A stretch of DNA of 64,000 bases from Clostridia bacterium (GTDB lineage: Bacteria; Bacillota; Clostridia; Oscillospirales; CAG-382), in NCBI GenBank assembly GCA_017397805.1, contig JAFQHW010000041.1:291-64290 (forward strand). Direction: 5' to 3'. Of this stretch, positions 10,132 through 19,193 are shown in pieces (positions within the stretch are counted from its first letter, which is position 1; every line of letters starts with the position of its first letter). Below the pieces are notes generated by a model. The model had not been told where the DNA came from. It worked only from the letters and a program-made list of their open reading frames with translations, and did no database searches. Both the position numbers and the translations under genes were made by a program.

Positions 10132-11316
10132 TTAATGGTGGAACAAACGCATACCGGTAAATGCCATAACCATACCGTGTTCGTTGCAACGCTCTATTAC
10201 TATGTCGTCTCTGATAGAGCCGCCGGGCTCTGCAATGTATTTTACGCCCGTCATTTTAGCGCGCTTAATACTGTCATCAAAGGGGAAGAACGCATCAGAA
10301 CCTAAGGAAACGCCGTCAAGGCTGTCAAGATACTCACGAATTTCTTTATCCGTAAGCGGATCGGGGCGGGTGGTAAAGTACTTCTGCCAAATACCGTCTG
10401 CGCAAACGTCCTCTTCGTTACGGTTTATATAACCGTCGATTACGTTATCTCTTTCGGGTCTGCCAAGCTCATCCTTAAAGGGAAGAGCTAAAACCTTATC
10501 GTGCTGACGCAAAAACCAAGTATCAGCCTTGGTGCCTGCCAGTCTGGTACAATGGATACGGGACTGCTGACCTGCGCCAACGCCTATCGCTTGTCCGTCC
10601 ACTGCAAAGCATACGGAGTTGGACTGAGTATATTTAAGGGTGATAAGAGCAACTATAAGGTCGCGCACGCCTTCTTCGGGAAGATTTTTGTTCTCGGTAA
10701 CTATGTTCTTCAAAAGCTCGGCGTCTATCTTAAAGTTGTTTCTACCCTGCTCAAAAGTGATGCCGTAAACCTGCTTCTTTTCGGATTCTTCGGGAATATA
10801 CGAAGGATCCATTTTTACTATATTGTAGTTGCCTTTTTTCTTTGTTTTAAGAATCTCAAGCGCTTCGGGCTCATAACCGGGGGCAATAACACCATCCGAA
10901 ACTTCGCGCTTAATAAGCTCTGCCGTTGTAACGTCACAAACGTCGGAAAGCGCTATCCAGTCGCCAAAGGAGCAAAGCCTGTCTGTACCTCTCGCTCTTG
11001 CAAAAGCGCAAGCCAAAGGAGAATCGTCAAGCCCCTCAATACCGTCAACGAAACAAGCTTTTTTAAGCTTTTCGGGGAGAGGGATGCCTACAGCCGCGGA
11101 GGTGGGACTTACGTGCTTAAAGGAAGTAGCCGCAGACAGACCTAAAGCCGCTTTAAGCTCGCAAACCAACTGCCAGGAGTTGAAAGCGTCAAGAAAGTTT
11201 ATATATCCGGGTTTGCCGTTGAGGATCTCCAACGGGAGCTCGGAACCGTCTGCCATATATATTCTTGAAGGCTTTTGGTTAGGGTTACATCCGTATTTAA
11301 GTTCAAAAGAATTCAC
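10132..11316 (-). CDS. purH: AICAR formyltransferase (stand-alone transformylase domain of PurH, no IMP cyclohydrolase/MGS domain)
   Basis: 394 aa starting ELKYGCNPNQKP; ends ...GGSIRDDIVIERCNEHGMVMAFTGMRLFHH. Lacks the ~200-aa N-terminal IMPCH domain of bifunctional PurH. Confidence 0.9.
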   Translation of the reverse strand: MNSFELKYGCNPNQKPSRIYMADGSELPLEILNGKPGYINFLDAFNSWQLVCELKAALGLSAATSFKHVSPTSAAVGIPLPEKLKKACFVDGIEGLDDSPLACAFARARGTDRLCSFGDWIALSDVCDVTTAELIKREVSDGVIAPGYEPEALEILKTKKKGNYNIVKMDPSYIPEESEKKQVYGITFEQGRNNFKIDAELLKNIVTENKNLPEEGVRDLIVALITLKYTQSNSVCFAVDGQAIGVGAGQQSRIHCTRLAGTKADTWFLRQHDKVLALPFKDELGRPERDNVIDGYINRNEEDVCADGIWQKYFTTRPDPLTDKEIREYLDSLDGVSLGSDAFFPFDDSIKRAKMTGVKYIAEPGGSIRDDIVIERCNEHGMVMAFTGMRLFHH

Positions 11317-11341
11317 TTTTTATGCCTCCTAATGTTTACGA

Positions 11342-12061
11342 TTATTTGTTTTTGTTGATCATGCGGTTTTCACATTCGCCGCTTGCCAGATCAACGTATC
11401 TTACGTAGAGAGATATTTTGTTGTTTTCATCAAGAGCGTTCCAAAGAGCGTTTGTAAACTCGTCTATATCGTTATCAACAGCTACTCTTTCGGGTTCGCC
11501 GCAGAACGTGGGGATGGGGTTGCCGTCACAAATATAAGTGTGAAGAAAATGACCGAGACCTGCAAGAGAAGCGTAACTGTAGGTAAATCTGTTGCAAGCA
11601 CTTCCCTTTTCGTCGGCGCTCTTAAGTATGCTCATCTCGTAGGTAAAATCATTATCCGCAAAAGTGATCATACCGCTGATTCTGGGAGTGAAGTTGGGGC
11701 CGTCCGGCTCGAACTCACGGCTTGTCAACGACTCGGAAAAACTCTTCCCCGTCTTCAAACCGTCATAAACGGTATCGGTTTGATTACCGTTGGTTACGAT
11801 AAGCTTGTTCTCATACTCTCTGATAGGCTTATAAATGATAAGGCTGGGGTCTTCCACCTTAGAAGCATCAAAGGGATGGATAACAACCTCCTTGCCCTCT
11901 TCAATAAACACTCTGTTGCGGCTATTATTGCTTCTGCCCATTATAAAATAAGCTGTACAAGCCTTTTTACCATCGGGGGTCTTACCTATAACTATACCTC
12001 TGCCTACGTAGGAATTATCTTTTATAAGTTCGGGAAGGTTGTTTATCTCGTATATATTCAT
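11342..12061 (-). CDS. purO: IMP cyclohydrolase, PurO-like (archaeal-type) family
   Basis: 239 aa. N-terminus YVGRGIVIGKTPDGKKA...FIMGRSNNSRNR resembles the PurO-type IMP cyclohydrolase family. Located between purN and the purH transformylase. Confidence 0.75.
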   Translation of the reverse strand: MNIYEINNLPELIKDNSYVGRGIVIGKTPDGKKACTAYFIMGRSNNSRNRVFIEEGKEVVIHPFDASKVEDPSLIIYKPIREYENKLIVTNGNQTDTVYDGLKTGKSFSESLTSREFEPDGPNFTPRISGMITFADNDFTYEMSILKSADEKGSACNRFTYSYASLAGLGHFLHTYICDGNPIPTFCGEPERVAVDNDIDEFTNALWNALDENNKISLYVRYVDLASGECENRMINKNK

Positions 12062-12064
12062 ACT

Positions 12065-12679
12065 TTAAGCCTTTCTTTTCTTCAATATTTCTTTGCAAAC
12101 CATTTCCGTAGCGCGGGGCAGGATCTTCCATTCTGCCTGCTCCATAACCCGTCTTTGTAACGTTTCTGCCGTATCGTTACCTCTGATTGCCACGGATTTT
12201 TGCATTATTATCTCGCCGCCGTCGGGAATTTCGTTAACGAAATGCACCGTAGCACCCGTAACCTTTACACCGTATGCCAATGCCGCTTCGTGCACCTTTA
12301 GTCCGTAAAAGCCTTTACCGCAAAAAGAAGGAATCAGCGAAGGGTGTACGTTTATAATTCGCTTCTCAAAGGTTTTGGTAAACCTTTCGCTCAATATAGA
12401 CATAAAACCCGCGAGTATTATAAGCTCTGTTCCATTAGATTTAAGGATATCTATCAGCTTATCCTCAAAGGCTTCTTGGGATCCTAATTCGCTTTTTAAT
12501 ATAACAGCCGATTCCACACCGAAGTTTTCTGCTCTTTTCAAAGCATAAGCATCGGCATTATTGGATACAACGAGAGATATTTTACCGTTTTTGATTATCC
12601 CGCTTGATTGTGCATCAAGAAGCGCCTGCAAGTTAGTGCCGCCGCCCGAAACCAAAACGGCTATCTTAATTTGCTTCAT
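12065..12679 (-). CDS. purN: Phosphoribosylglycinamide formyltransferase
   Basis: ORF trimmed to MKQIKIAVLVSGGGTNLQAL (ATG 12679). Contains INVHPSLIP... and the GATVHFV motif. Confidence 0.93.
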   Translation of the reverse strand: MKQIKIAVLVSGGGTNLQALLDAQSSGIIKNGKISLVVSNNADAYALKRAENFGVESAVILKSELGSQEAFEDKLIDILKSNGTELIILAGFMSILSERFTKTFEKRIINVHPSLIPSFCGKGFYGLKVHEAALAYGVKVTGATVHFVNEIPDGGEIIMQKSVAIRGNDTAETLQRRVMEQAEWKILPRATEMVCKEILKKRKA

Positions 12680-12690
12680 CAGAGCACCTC

Positions 12691-13731
12691 TTAGGCAAGG
12701 ATTATTTTGTCGGAGTTTTCGCAAATCTCACCGATGATATATGCATTTTCTCCGCAACCTTTAAGGATAGTCAACGCTTTGTCTGCATCCTCTTTGGGAA
12801 TGACGATGCTCATACCCACGCCCATATTAAAGGTATTAAACATATCGCGCTCGCTAATACCGCCAACCTTTGCGATAAGGTCAAAAATGGGAAGTATTTG
12901 CACTGCAGACTTTTCAATCTTTGCACACATACCGTCGGGAATACTGCGCGGAATGTTCTCGTAGAAGCCACCGCCGGTTATGTGGGATATACCCTTAACC
13001 TTAACCTGCTCCAAAAGAGCAAGAACGCTCTTAACGTAAATCTTGGTAGGTGTAAGCAAAGTTTCACCAATGGAAGCGGAAAGTTCGGGAACGAAGGTCT
13101 TAATATCCTTATTTTCCACGTCAAACACTTTTCTTACAAGAGAAAAACCGTTGGAGTGAACACCGCTGGAGGGCAAGGCAATAATAACGTCACCGCTTTG
13201 CATTTGCTTATTATCTATTATCTTGCTCTTGTCAACCACGCCTGTGCAATAGCCTGCCAAATCGTATTCGTCCACGGGATAGAAACCGGGCATCTCTGCG
13301 GTCTCACCGCCTATAAGTGCCGCACCGGATTGAACGCATCCCTCGCAAACCCCCTTAACAATATCAGCAATACGCTCGGGTACGTTTTTACCGCAAGCGA
13401 TATAGTCAAGGAAGAACAAAGGCTTAGCGCCGCTGCAGATAATATCGTTAACGCACATCGCAACGCAGTCGATACCTACCGTATCGTGCTTATCCATAAT
13501 AAAAGCTATTTTAAGCTTAGTACCAACACCGTCGGTACCGCTTACAAGAACGGGCTTGGAAATACCTTCCAAATCCAATTCGAAAAGGCCGCCGAAACCT
13601 CCCACGTCGGAGCAAACGCCTTTTGTCATCGTTTTTGCTATATGCTGTTTCATAAGCTCAACGGCTTTATAACCTGCGGTAATATCAACACCTGCTGCTG
13701 CGTAGCTATCAGATTTAGACTGTAAATTCAT
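12691..13731 (-). CDS. purM: Phosphoribosylformylglycinamidine cyclo-ligase (AIR synthetase)
   Basis: ORF trimmed to [17 protein letters not shown] (ATG 13731). Contains DGVGTK and GGETAEMPG motifs. Confidence 0.96.
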   Translation of the reverse strand: MNLQSKSDSYAAAGVDITAGYKAVELMKQHIAKTMTKGVCSDVGGFGGLFELDLEGISKPVLVSGTDGVGTKLKIAFIMDKHDTVGIDCVAMCVNDIICSGAKPLFFLDYIACGKNVPERIADIVKGVCEGCVQSGAALIGGETAEMPGFYPVDEYDLAGYCTGVVDKSKIIDNKQMQSGDVIIALPSSGVHSNGFSLVRKVFDVENKDIKTFVPELSASIGETLLTPTKIYVKSVLALLEQVKVKGISHITGGGFYENIPRSIPDGMCAKIEKSAVQILPIFDLIAKVGGISERDMFNTFNMGVGMSIVIPKEDADKALTILKGCGENAYIIGEICENSDKIILA

Positions 13732-13736
13732 AACGT

Positions 13737-15161
13737 TTATTCCTTTCCGTTCCAACAATACGTGCAAAGCTTATCGGGGGTAAGCCCTATTGCCTCGCAA
13801 ACACCTTTTAACGATTGAAAATCCAAAGAAGCAAAATTAAACTTCTTTGCTATCTCTTCTCTTAATTTCTTACCGCGCTCTGTGGAAGCGTCGCTGTATT
13901 CATCTAAATACTTGCTGCCCTCTTCCCCCTCCAGCTCGTAAACGACCTTTCTTGCAATCAAGTCCATATCGTTATTGCCTCTTGAGAAATTGAGGTACTT
14001 ACAACTGTGCATTATGGGAGGACACGCGGAGCGCATATGAACGGTTTTTGCACCGTTATCGTAAAGGAAATCAACGGTTTCCTTCAACTGCGTGCCTCTG
14101 ACTATAGAGTCATCAACGAAAAGCAGATTTTTGCCCATTATCAAATCGTGAACGGGGATAAGCTTCATCTTCGCTACTTTATCTCTGTCCCTTTGGTTTG
14201 CGGGCATAAAGCTTCTGGGCCACGTGGGAGTATATTTTATAAAAGGTCTTGCAAAGGGTATATCGCTCATATTAGCGTAACCTATTGCGTGGGGAGTACC
14301 GGAATCGGGCACACCGCCTACGTAGTCTATATCAAGACAATTTCCGTTTTCTTTATCGTTTTTAGCCATTATCTCGCCGTTTCTGTAGCGCATAAGCTCT
14401 ACGTTGACGCCTTCGTAGCAAGAAGTGGGATAGCCGTAATAAGACCAAAGAAACGCACAAATCTTCATATCTTTATTGGGAGGTGAAAGCTGTTTTACTC
14501 CATCAACACTCAGTTCCACTATCTCACCGGGACCAAGCTCACGTTCTATCTCATAATCCAATTTCTGGCAAGCAAAAGACTCAAAGGAAACGCAATATCC
14601 TTGGTCGTTCTTCCCTACCAAAACGGGGATTCTGCCCACTTTGTCCCTTGCGGCGATAATTGAGCCGTCGTCCTTGAGAATCAGAACGGAAGCCGTTCCC
14701 TCTATGGCGTTTTGTGCAAAGCGTATGCCTTCCACAAAATTGCTTTTTTGATTTATCAATGCCGCTACAAGCTCAACGGAATTAATTCTGCCACCCGTCA
14801 TAGCACCGAAGTGTCCGCCGCTGAAGGCGAGATATTGATTAATAAGTGCGTCGGCATTATTAATCAAACCCACGATACTTATAGCGTAAGTGCCTATGTT
14901 GGAACGTATAAGAAGGGGCTGAGGATCAGTATCGCTGATACAGCCGATGGCTGAATTGCCCTTCATTTCATCAAACACACCTTCAAACTTGGTTCTAAAG
15001 GGTGAATTTTGTATATTATGTATTTCTCTTTGCAAGCCCGTTTCTTTATCATAAGCCGCCATACCGCCACGTTTTGTGCCCAAGTGGGAATGGTAGTCCG
15101 TACCAAAGAATACGTCCATTATAGCATCATGCTTGCAAACAGCACCAAAAAAACCGCCCAT
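13737..15161 (-). CDS. purF: Amidophosphoribosyltransferase homologue with a degenerate glutaminase active site (Gly in place of Cys1)
   Basis: 474 aa. PRTase motif [13 protein letters not shown]. The N-terminus MGGFFGAV aligns with (M)CGIFGI. ATG 15161 verified, with GAGGAG 7 nt upstream, immediately after the purE stop. Confidence 0.85.
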   Translation of the reverse strand: MGGFFGAVCKHDAIMDVFFGTDYHSHLGTKRGGMAAYDKETGLQREIHNIQNSPFRTKFEGVFDEMKGNSAIGCISDTDPQPLLIRSNIGTYAISIVGLINNADALINQYLAFSGGHFGAMTGGRINSVELVAALINQKSNFVEGIRFAQNAIEGTASVLILKDDGSIIAARDKVGRIPVLVGKNDQGYCVSFESFACQKLDYEIERELGPGEIVELSVDGVKQLSPPNKDMKICAFLWSYYGYPTSCYEGVNVELMRYRNGEIMAKNDKENGNCLDIDYVGGVPDSGTPHAIGYANMSDIPFARPFIKYTPTWPRSFMPANQRDRDKVAKMKLIPVHDLIMGKNLLFVDDSIVRGTQLKETVDFLYDNGAKTVHMRSACPPIMHSCKYLNFSRGNNDMDLIARKVVYELEGEEGSKYLDEYSDASTERGKKLREEIAKKFNFASLDFQSLKGVCEAIGLTPDKLCTYCWNGKE

Positions 15162-15176
15162 GGTTTGTCTCCTCTT

Positions 15177-15671
15177 TTATTTATTAAGCTCTGCTGATAT
15201 TGCGGCATCCTTCAAAAGCACCGCTTCTCCGTCCGCCTTGCGTTTTGATAAGAGCTTATTATATAATTCCTCATCACCTACTGCAATAATTTCAGCCGCT
15301 AAAAGTGCCGCGTTGGCACCGCCGTTAACGGCTACCGTTGCAACGGGAATCCCCGTAGGCATCTGCACCGTGGAAAGAAGTGCATCCATACCGTCAAAGC
15401 ACGAGGATTTGCAAGGGATACCGATAACCGGCAACACCGTGTTTGCCGCTATGGCACCCGCAAGATGTGCCGCCATACCTGCGGCGGCTATTATTACACC
15501 GAAACCGTTTTTATATGCATTAACGGCAAAATCCTTTGCCTGCTCAGGCGTTCTGTGAGCCGAATACACGTGAACTTCAAAAGGAATATCCAAAGAAGCC
15601 AACATATCCGTAGCTTTTTTAATTATCGGCAGGTCACTGTCACTGCCCATAACTATTCCGACTTTTTTCAT
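15177..15671 (-). CDS. purE: 5-(carboxyamino)imidazole ribonucleotide mutase (class I PurE signature)
   Basis: 164 aa. Contains GSDSDLP, SAHRTP and AAGMAAHLAG motifs. Confidence 0.92.
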   Translation of the reverse strand: MKKVGIVMGSDSDLPIIKKATDMLASLDIPFEVHVYSAHRTPEQAKDFAVNAYKNGFGVIIAAAGMAAHLAGAIAANTVLPVIGIPCKSSCFDGMDALLSTVQMPTGIPVATVAVNGGANAALLAAEIIAVGDEELYNKLLSKRKADGEAVLLKDAAISAELNK

Positions 15672-15690
15672 AAATCAAACCTCCTAATAC

Positions 15691-15797
15691 AAAAAAGGGC
15701 ACAAAATACCCTTAAAGCAGAGTAAATGTGCCCAGACGGTCGGCTTTTACGCTGCTGCTCCCATGTGGTAACTCCACTTCCGTCAGTTACAGCAGTA
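15691..15797 (-). promoter_or_regulatory. ZTP riboswitch (pfl motif) with an intrinsic-terminator expression platform
   Basis: Minus strand: P1 CUGCUG...CAGCAG, UAACUGACGGAAGUGGAGUUACCACAUGGGAGC, linker, CCGACCGUCUGGGCA. The pseudoknot GACGG/CCGUC shows a compensatory change. Terminator GGGCACA...UGUGCCC plus U6 (15733..15691) overlaps the CUGGGCA element. Confidence 0.85.
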
Positions 15798-15812
15798 TCA
15801 ATTATCAATGTT

Positions 15813-15841
15813 ATTCTATCAAAGCACGCGCTTTTTGTCAA
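15813..15841 (-). promoter_or_regulatory. Sigma-A promoter of the pur operon
   Basis: Minus strand TTGACA (15841..15836), 17 nt, TAGAAT (15818..15813), 15 nt after the pyrB stop. Confidence 0.65.
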
Positions 15842-15855
15842 GGCACTGTAGCTAT

Positions 15856-16935
15856 TTATCTTGCTTTTGATTCACAATACAAGCAACGGTACACACCGTT
15901 TTCTTCATCCGTTAAAACGAACTTATGCTGCAGCTCCTGCTCGGTGGCAGTAACGCAACGGAAGTTGTCACAGCGGAGGTCGTCCCGATATTGCGGTTCT
16001 TCCTCTCTTTCGCTGTTTTCTTCCGCTTCTTTTAACAGCTTTAATATCAAAGCCATACGCATATATTTACCGTTAAGTGCCTGCTCAAAATACTTCGCTC
16101 TGGGGTCATCATCCACTGCGACGCTTATTTCGTTAACGCGGGGCAACGGATGAAGGATGCACATATCTTTTTTTGCATCTTTAAGCTTATCAGGTGTAAG
16201 TATAAAGCTGTTCTTTAAACACTCATATTCGTCGTCGTTGGCAAAGCGCTCTCTTTGAAGTCTGGTCATATAGAGAACGTCGATTTCACCCATAGCTTCC
16301 TCAAGGGAAGAAACCTGCTTATAAGGCATCCCCTTCTTTTCCAGCACGTCCTGTCTTATATAACTCGGAAGCGTTAGCTTTTCTGGCGCTATAAGTACGG
16401 TCTTTATTCCGGTGTAACGGGAAAGAGCAGATATTAAGGAATGAACCGTTCTGCCGTATTTCAAGTCACCGCAATAACCGATGGTCAAATCGTTAAGCCT
16501 ACCCTTGCAACGATAAATCGTAAGTAAATCCGCCAAGGTTTGGGTAGGATGGTTATGACCTCCGTCACCCGCATTTATAACGGGAACCGTAGCATTTCTT
16601 GAAGCTACGTAAGGAGCGCCCTCCTTAAAATGACGCATAACCAAAATGTCCGCATAACAGCTGAGTATTTTTGCAGTATCCGCAACGCTCTCGCCCTTTA
16701 CCGCGGAGGAACTGTTAGGTTCTGAAAAACCAAGCACACTGCCGCCCAGCTCGTACATAGCCGCTTCAAAACTGAGCCTTGTTCTTGTGGAAGGCTCGAA
16801 GAACAGGGTTGCAAGCTTTTTACCCTTGCACTTTTCCGAATATTTTTTAGGGTCAGCAATTATATCTATTGCCGTTTCCATAAGAGTGTCAAGCTCCTCA
16901 ACGGAAAAATCATTTATACCAATAAGACTTCTCAT
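15856..16935 (-). CDS. pyrB: Aspartate carbamoyltransferase catalytic chain fused to a PyrI-type C-terminal zinc domain
   Basis: 359 aa. ATCase motifs STRTR, HPTQ, HPLPR. After an acidic linker, the C-terminal ~43 aa read CDNFRCVT-x22-CLYCE, the PyrI zinc-domain pattern. Confidence 0.9.
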   Translation of the reverse strand: MRSLIGINDFSVEELDTLMETAIDIIADPKKYSEKCKGKKLATLFFEPSTRTRLSFEAAMYELGGSVLGFSEPNSSSAVKGESVADTAKILSCYADILVMRHFKEGAPYVASRNATVPVINAGDGGHNHPTQTLADLLTIYRCKGRLNDLTIGYCGDLKYGRTVHSLISALSRYTGIKTVLIAPEKLTLPSYIRQDVLEKKGMPYKQVSSLEEAMGEIDVLYMTRLQRERFANDDEYECLKNSFILTPDKLKDAKKDMCILHPLPRVNEISVAVDDDPRAKYFEQALNGKYMRMALILKLLKEAEENSEREEEPQYRDDLRCDNFRCVTATEQELQHKFVLTDEENGVYRCLYCESKAR

Positions 16936-16941
16936 ATCTAA

Positions 16942-17574
16942 TTAACCTATCCAGCTTTCATCAGAAGGATTGTTTCTAAAGGCGATCAAACGGCTTACGT
17001 CGTCAGCCTTTATATAGCCTTCTTCTGCGGCTACTTCTACTATCGTATCAAAATCGGTCAAGGATATATTCTTAACGTTAGCTTCCGCCATTCTGTCAAG
17101 ACCTTTTTTCATACCGTAGGTAAAGATGCTTACGATACCGAGCACGTCCGCCTCAGCATCTCTGAGTGCGTTAACCACCTCAATAACACTGCCGCCGGTG
17201 GATATAAGGTCCTCTACTACGACAACCTTCTGTCCCTTTTCAAGTCTGCCCTCGATTTGGTTTCCTCTGCCGTGGTCCTTTGCGCCTGAACGCACGTATC
17301 CCATAGGCATACCTAAAAGATGGCCTGTAATCGCCGCGTGTGCTATGCCTGCGGTAGAAGTGCCCATAAGAACTTCCGCATCGGGATAGTTTTCTTTAAT
17401 AAGCTTTGCAAGGCCGTTTTCCACGTCATCTCTTACATCCGGTGCGGTAAGGGTTAATCTGTTATCGCAGTAAATGGGGCTTTTGATACCGCTTGCCCAA
17501 GTAAAGGGCTTATCGGGGCTTAAAAACACTGCTTTTATTTTAAGTAAATCCTTAGCTATTAATTTCTTCATCAT
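16942..17574 (-). CDS. pyrE: Orotate phosphoribosyltransferase
   Basis: 210 aa. PRPP-binding motif [13 protein letters not shown]. Confidence 0.95.
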   Translation of the reverse strand: MMKKLIAKDLLKIKAVFLSPDKPFTWASGIKSPIYCDNRLTLTAPDVRDDVENGLAKLIKENYPDAEVLMGTSTAGIAHAAITGHLLGMPMGYVRSGAKDHGRGNQIEGRLEKGQKVVVVEDLISTGGSVIEVVNALRDAEADVLGIVSIFTYGMKKGLDRMAEANVKNISLTDFDTIVEVAAEEGYIKADDVSRLIAFRNNPSDESWIG

Positions 17575-17583
17575 TTTATCTCC

Positions 17584-18282
17584 TTAATCCACAAAATCTG
17601 CAAGGCATCTCTCGTAAGCTGCCACCGGATCGTCTGCCGCGGTTATGGGTCTGCCCACAACTATATAGTCAGAGCCTTCAATTTTTGCCTGTGCGGGGGT
17701 CATAACGCGCTTTTGGTCGCCCACGCTGTTATCCGCAAAACGCACACCGGGGGTTACCGTCAAGAAATTCACTCCGCATACGCCGTGTACCTTTTTTGCT
17801 TCAAGAGGAGAACATGCAACACCGTCAAGCCCTGCCGCTTTTGCCGTGGAAGCATAATGCATTACCACTTTGTCTATAGGCTCGCGGATAAGCAAATCTC
17901 TTTCCAAGCTTTCTTGGTCGGTGGAAGTAAGCTGTGTTACCGCGATAAGCAGAGGTCTTGTACCGTCAGCTCTCGTAAGTCCTTCAATAGCCGCCTCCAT
18001 CATAGCCTTGGTGCCTGCGGCGTGAAGGTTACACATATCCACGTCCAGTCCCGAAAGCACCGCCATAGACTTTTTAACGGTATTGGGAATATCGTGAAGC
18101 TTTAAATCCAAGAATATTTTATGACCGCGCTTCTTGATTTCCTTAACTATCTGAGGACCTGCACCGTAAAACAACTCCATACCTATCTTTACAAAAGGCT
18201 TTTTTTCGCCGAATTTATCGAGAAACGCTATTACCTGTTCTGCGCTTGCAAAATCACAAGCAACTATTACATCTCTGCCCAT
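17584..18282 (-). CDS. pyrF: Orotidine 5'-phosphate decarboxylase
   Basis: 232 aa. Contains the FLDLKLHDIPNT motif and a C-terminal IVVGRPI. Confidence 0.93.
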   Translation of the reverse strand: MGRDVIVACDFASAEQVIAFLDKFGEKKPFVKIGMELFYGAGPQIVKEIKKRGHKIFLDLKLHDIPNTVKKSMAVLSGLDVDMCNLHAAGTKAMMEAAIEGLTRADGTRPLLIAVTQLTSTDQESLERDLLIREPIDKVVMHYASTAKAAGLDGVACSPLEAKKVHGVCGVNFLTVTPGVRFADNSVGDQKRVMTPAQAKIEGSDYIVVGRPITAADDPVAAYERCLADFVD

Positions 18283-19193
18283 TAATGTGCACCTCCGATA
18301 ATCTCACTTAAATCGTTTATTCCGTATTTATCCATAACCGAAGGCAACTCCGCTATTATATCGCGGCAAATATAAGGGTTAACCAAATTAGCCGCGCCTA
18401 TTTCAACGGCGGTAGCACCTGCCAACATCATCTCTATTACGTCCTCCGCAGAGGAAACACCACCCATGCCTACGACGGGTATATTAACAGCCTTTGAAAC
18501 CTGATAAACCATTCTCAAAGCCACGGGGAATATGGCGCTTCCCGAAAAACCGCCCATGGTGTTAGCTATAATCGGGCGTTTGGTTTTAAGACTTATTCGC
18601 ATACCCAAAAGAGTATTTATAAGGCTTATGCCGTCAGCACCCGCTTCCTCACAAGCTTTTGCAATGCTGACTATATCCGTAACGTTGGGAGAGAGCTTTA
18701 TTATTATCGGCTTGTCCGTCACCGCTTTAACAGCCCTCGTAACCTCTGCCGCCGCCGAAGGGTCTGTACCGAAACTCATTCCGCCTCCGTGTACGTTGGG
18801 ACAGCTTACGTTAACCTCAAACCAACCGATTTGGTCTTCGCCGTCAAGCTTTTCGACGGTATATGCATAATCATCCACGGAAAAACCGCTTACGTTTGCC
18901 ATAACCTTTTTATTAAAGCATTGCTTCAGCTTAGGAAGCTCCTCTGATATAACCTTATCCACGCCCGGATTTTGCAATCCAACCGCATTTATCATACCGG
19001 CGGTACACTCCGCAATACGAGGAGTAGGATTGCCGAAGCGTGCATCCTTCGTCGTGCCCTTAAAGGAAAAGCTTCCAAGTACGTTTATATCGTAAAGCTC
19101 CGCAAACTCATATCCGTAGCCAAAGGTACCGCTGGCGGGAATGATTGGGTTATCAAGCTTTATTCCGCAAAGTTCAACACTCATTTTTCCCAT
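18282..19193 (-). CDS. pyrD: Dihydroorotate dehydrogenase B, catalytic subunit
   Basis: 303 aa, class 1B sequence (NPIIPASGTFGYG..., GGVSSAEDVIEM). Overlaps the pyrK stop. Confidence 0.95.
   Translation of the reverse strand: MGKMSVELCGIKLDNPIIPASGTFGYGYEFAELYDINVLGSFSFKGTTKDARFGNPTPRIAECTAGMINAVGLQNPGVDKVISEELPKLKQCFNKKVMANVSGFSVDDYAYTVEKLDGEDQIGWFEVNVSCPNVHGGGMSFGTDPSAAAEVTRAVKAVTDKPIIIKLSPNVTDIVSIAKACEEAGADGISLINTLLGMRISLKTKRPIIANTMGGFSGSAIFPVALRMVYQVSKAVNIPVVGMGGVSSAEDVIEMMLAGATAVEIGAANLVNPYICRDIIAELPSVMDKYGINDLSEIIGGAH

Noticed and set aside
15728-16153. A 141-aa + strand ORF overlapping the ZTP riboswitch, the pur promoter and the 3' end of pyrB.
   Set aside because: It is antisense to a well-supported riboswitch and to the PyrI-like zinc domain. 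It is Ser/Cys-rich, has no RBS, and is spurious.
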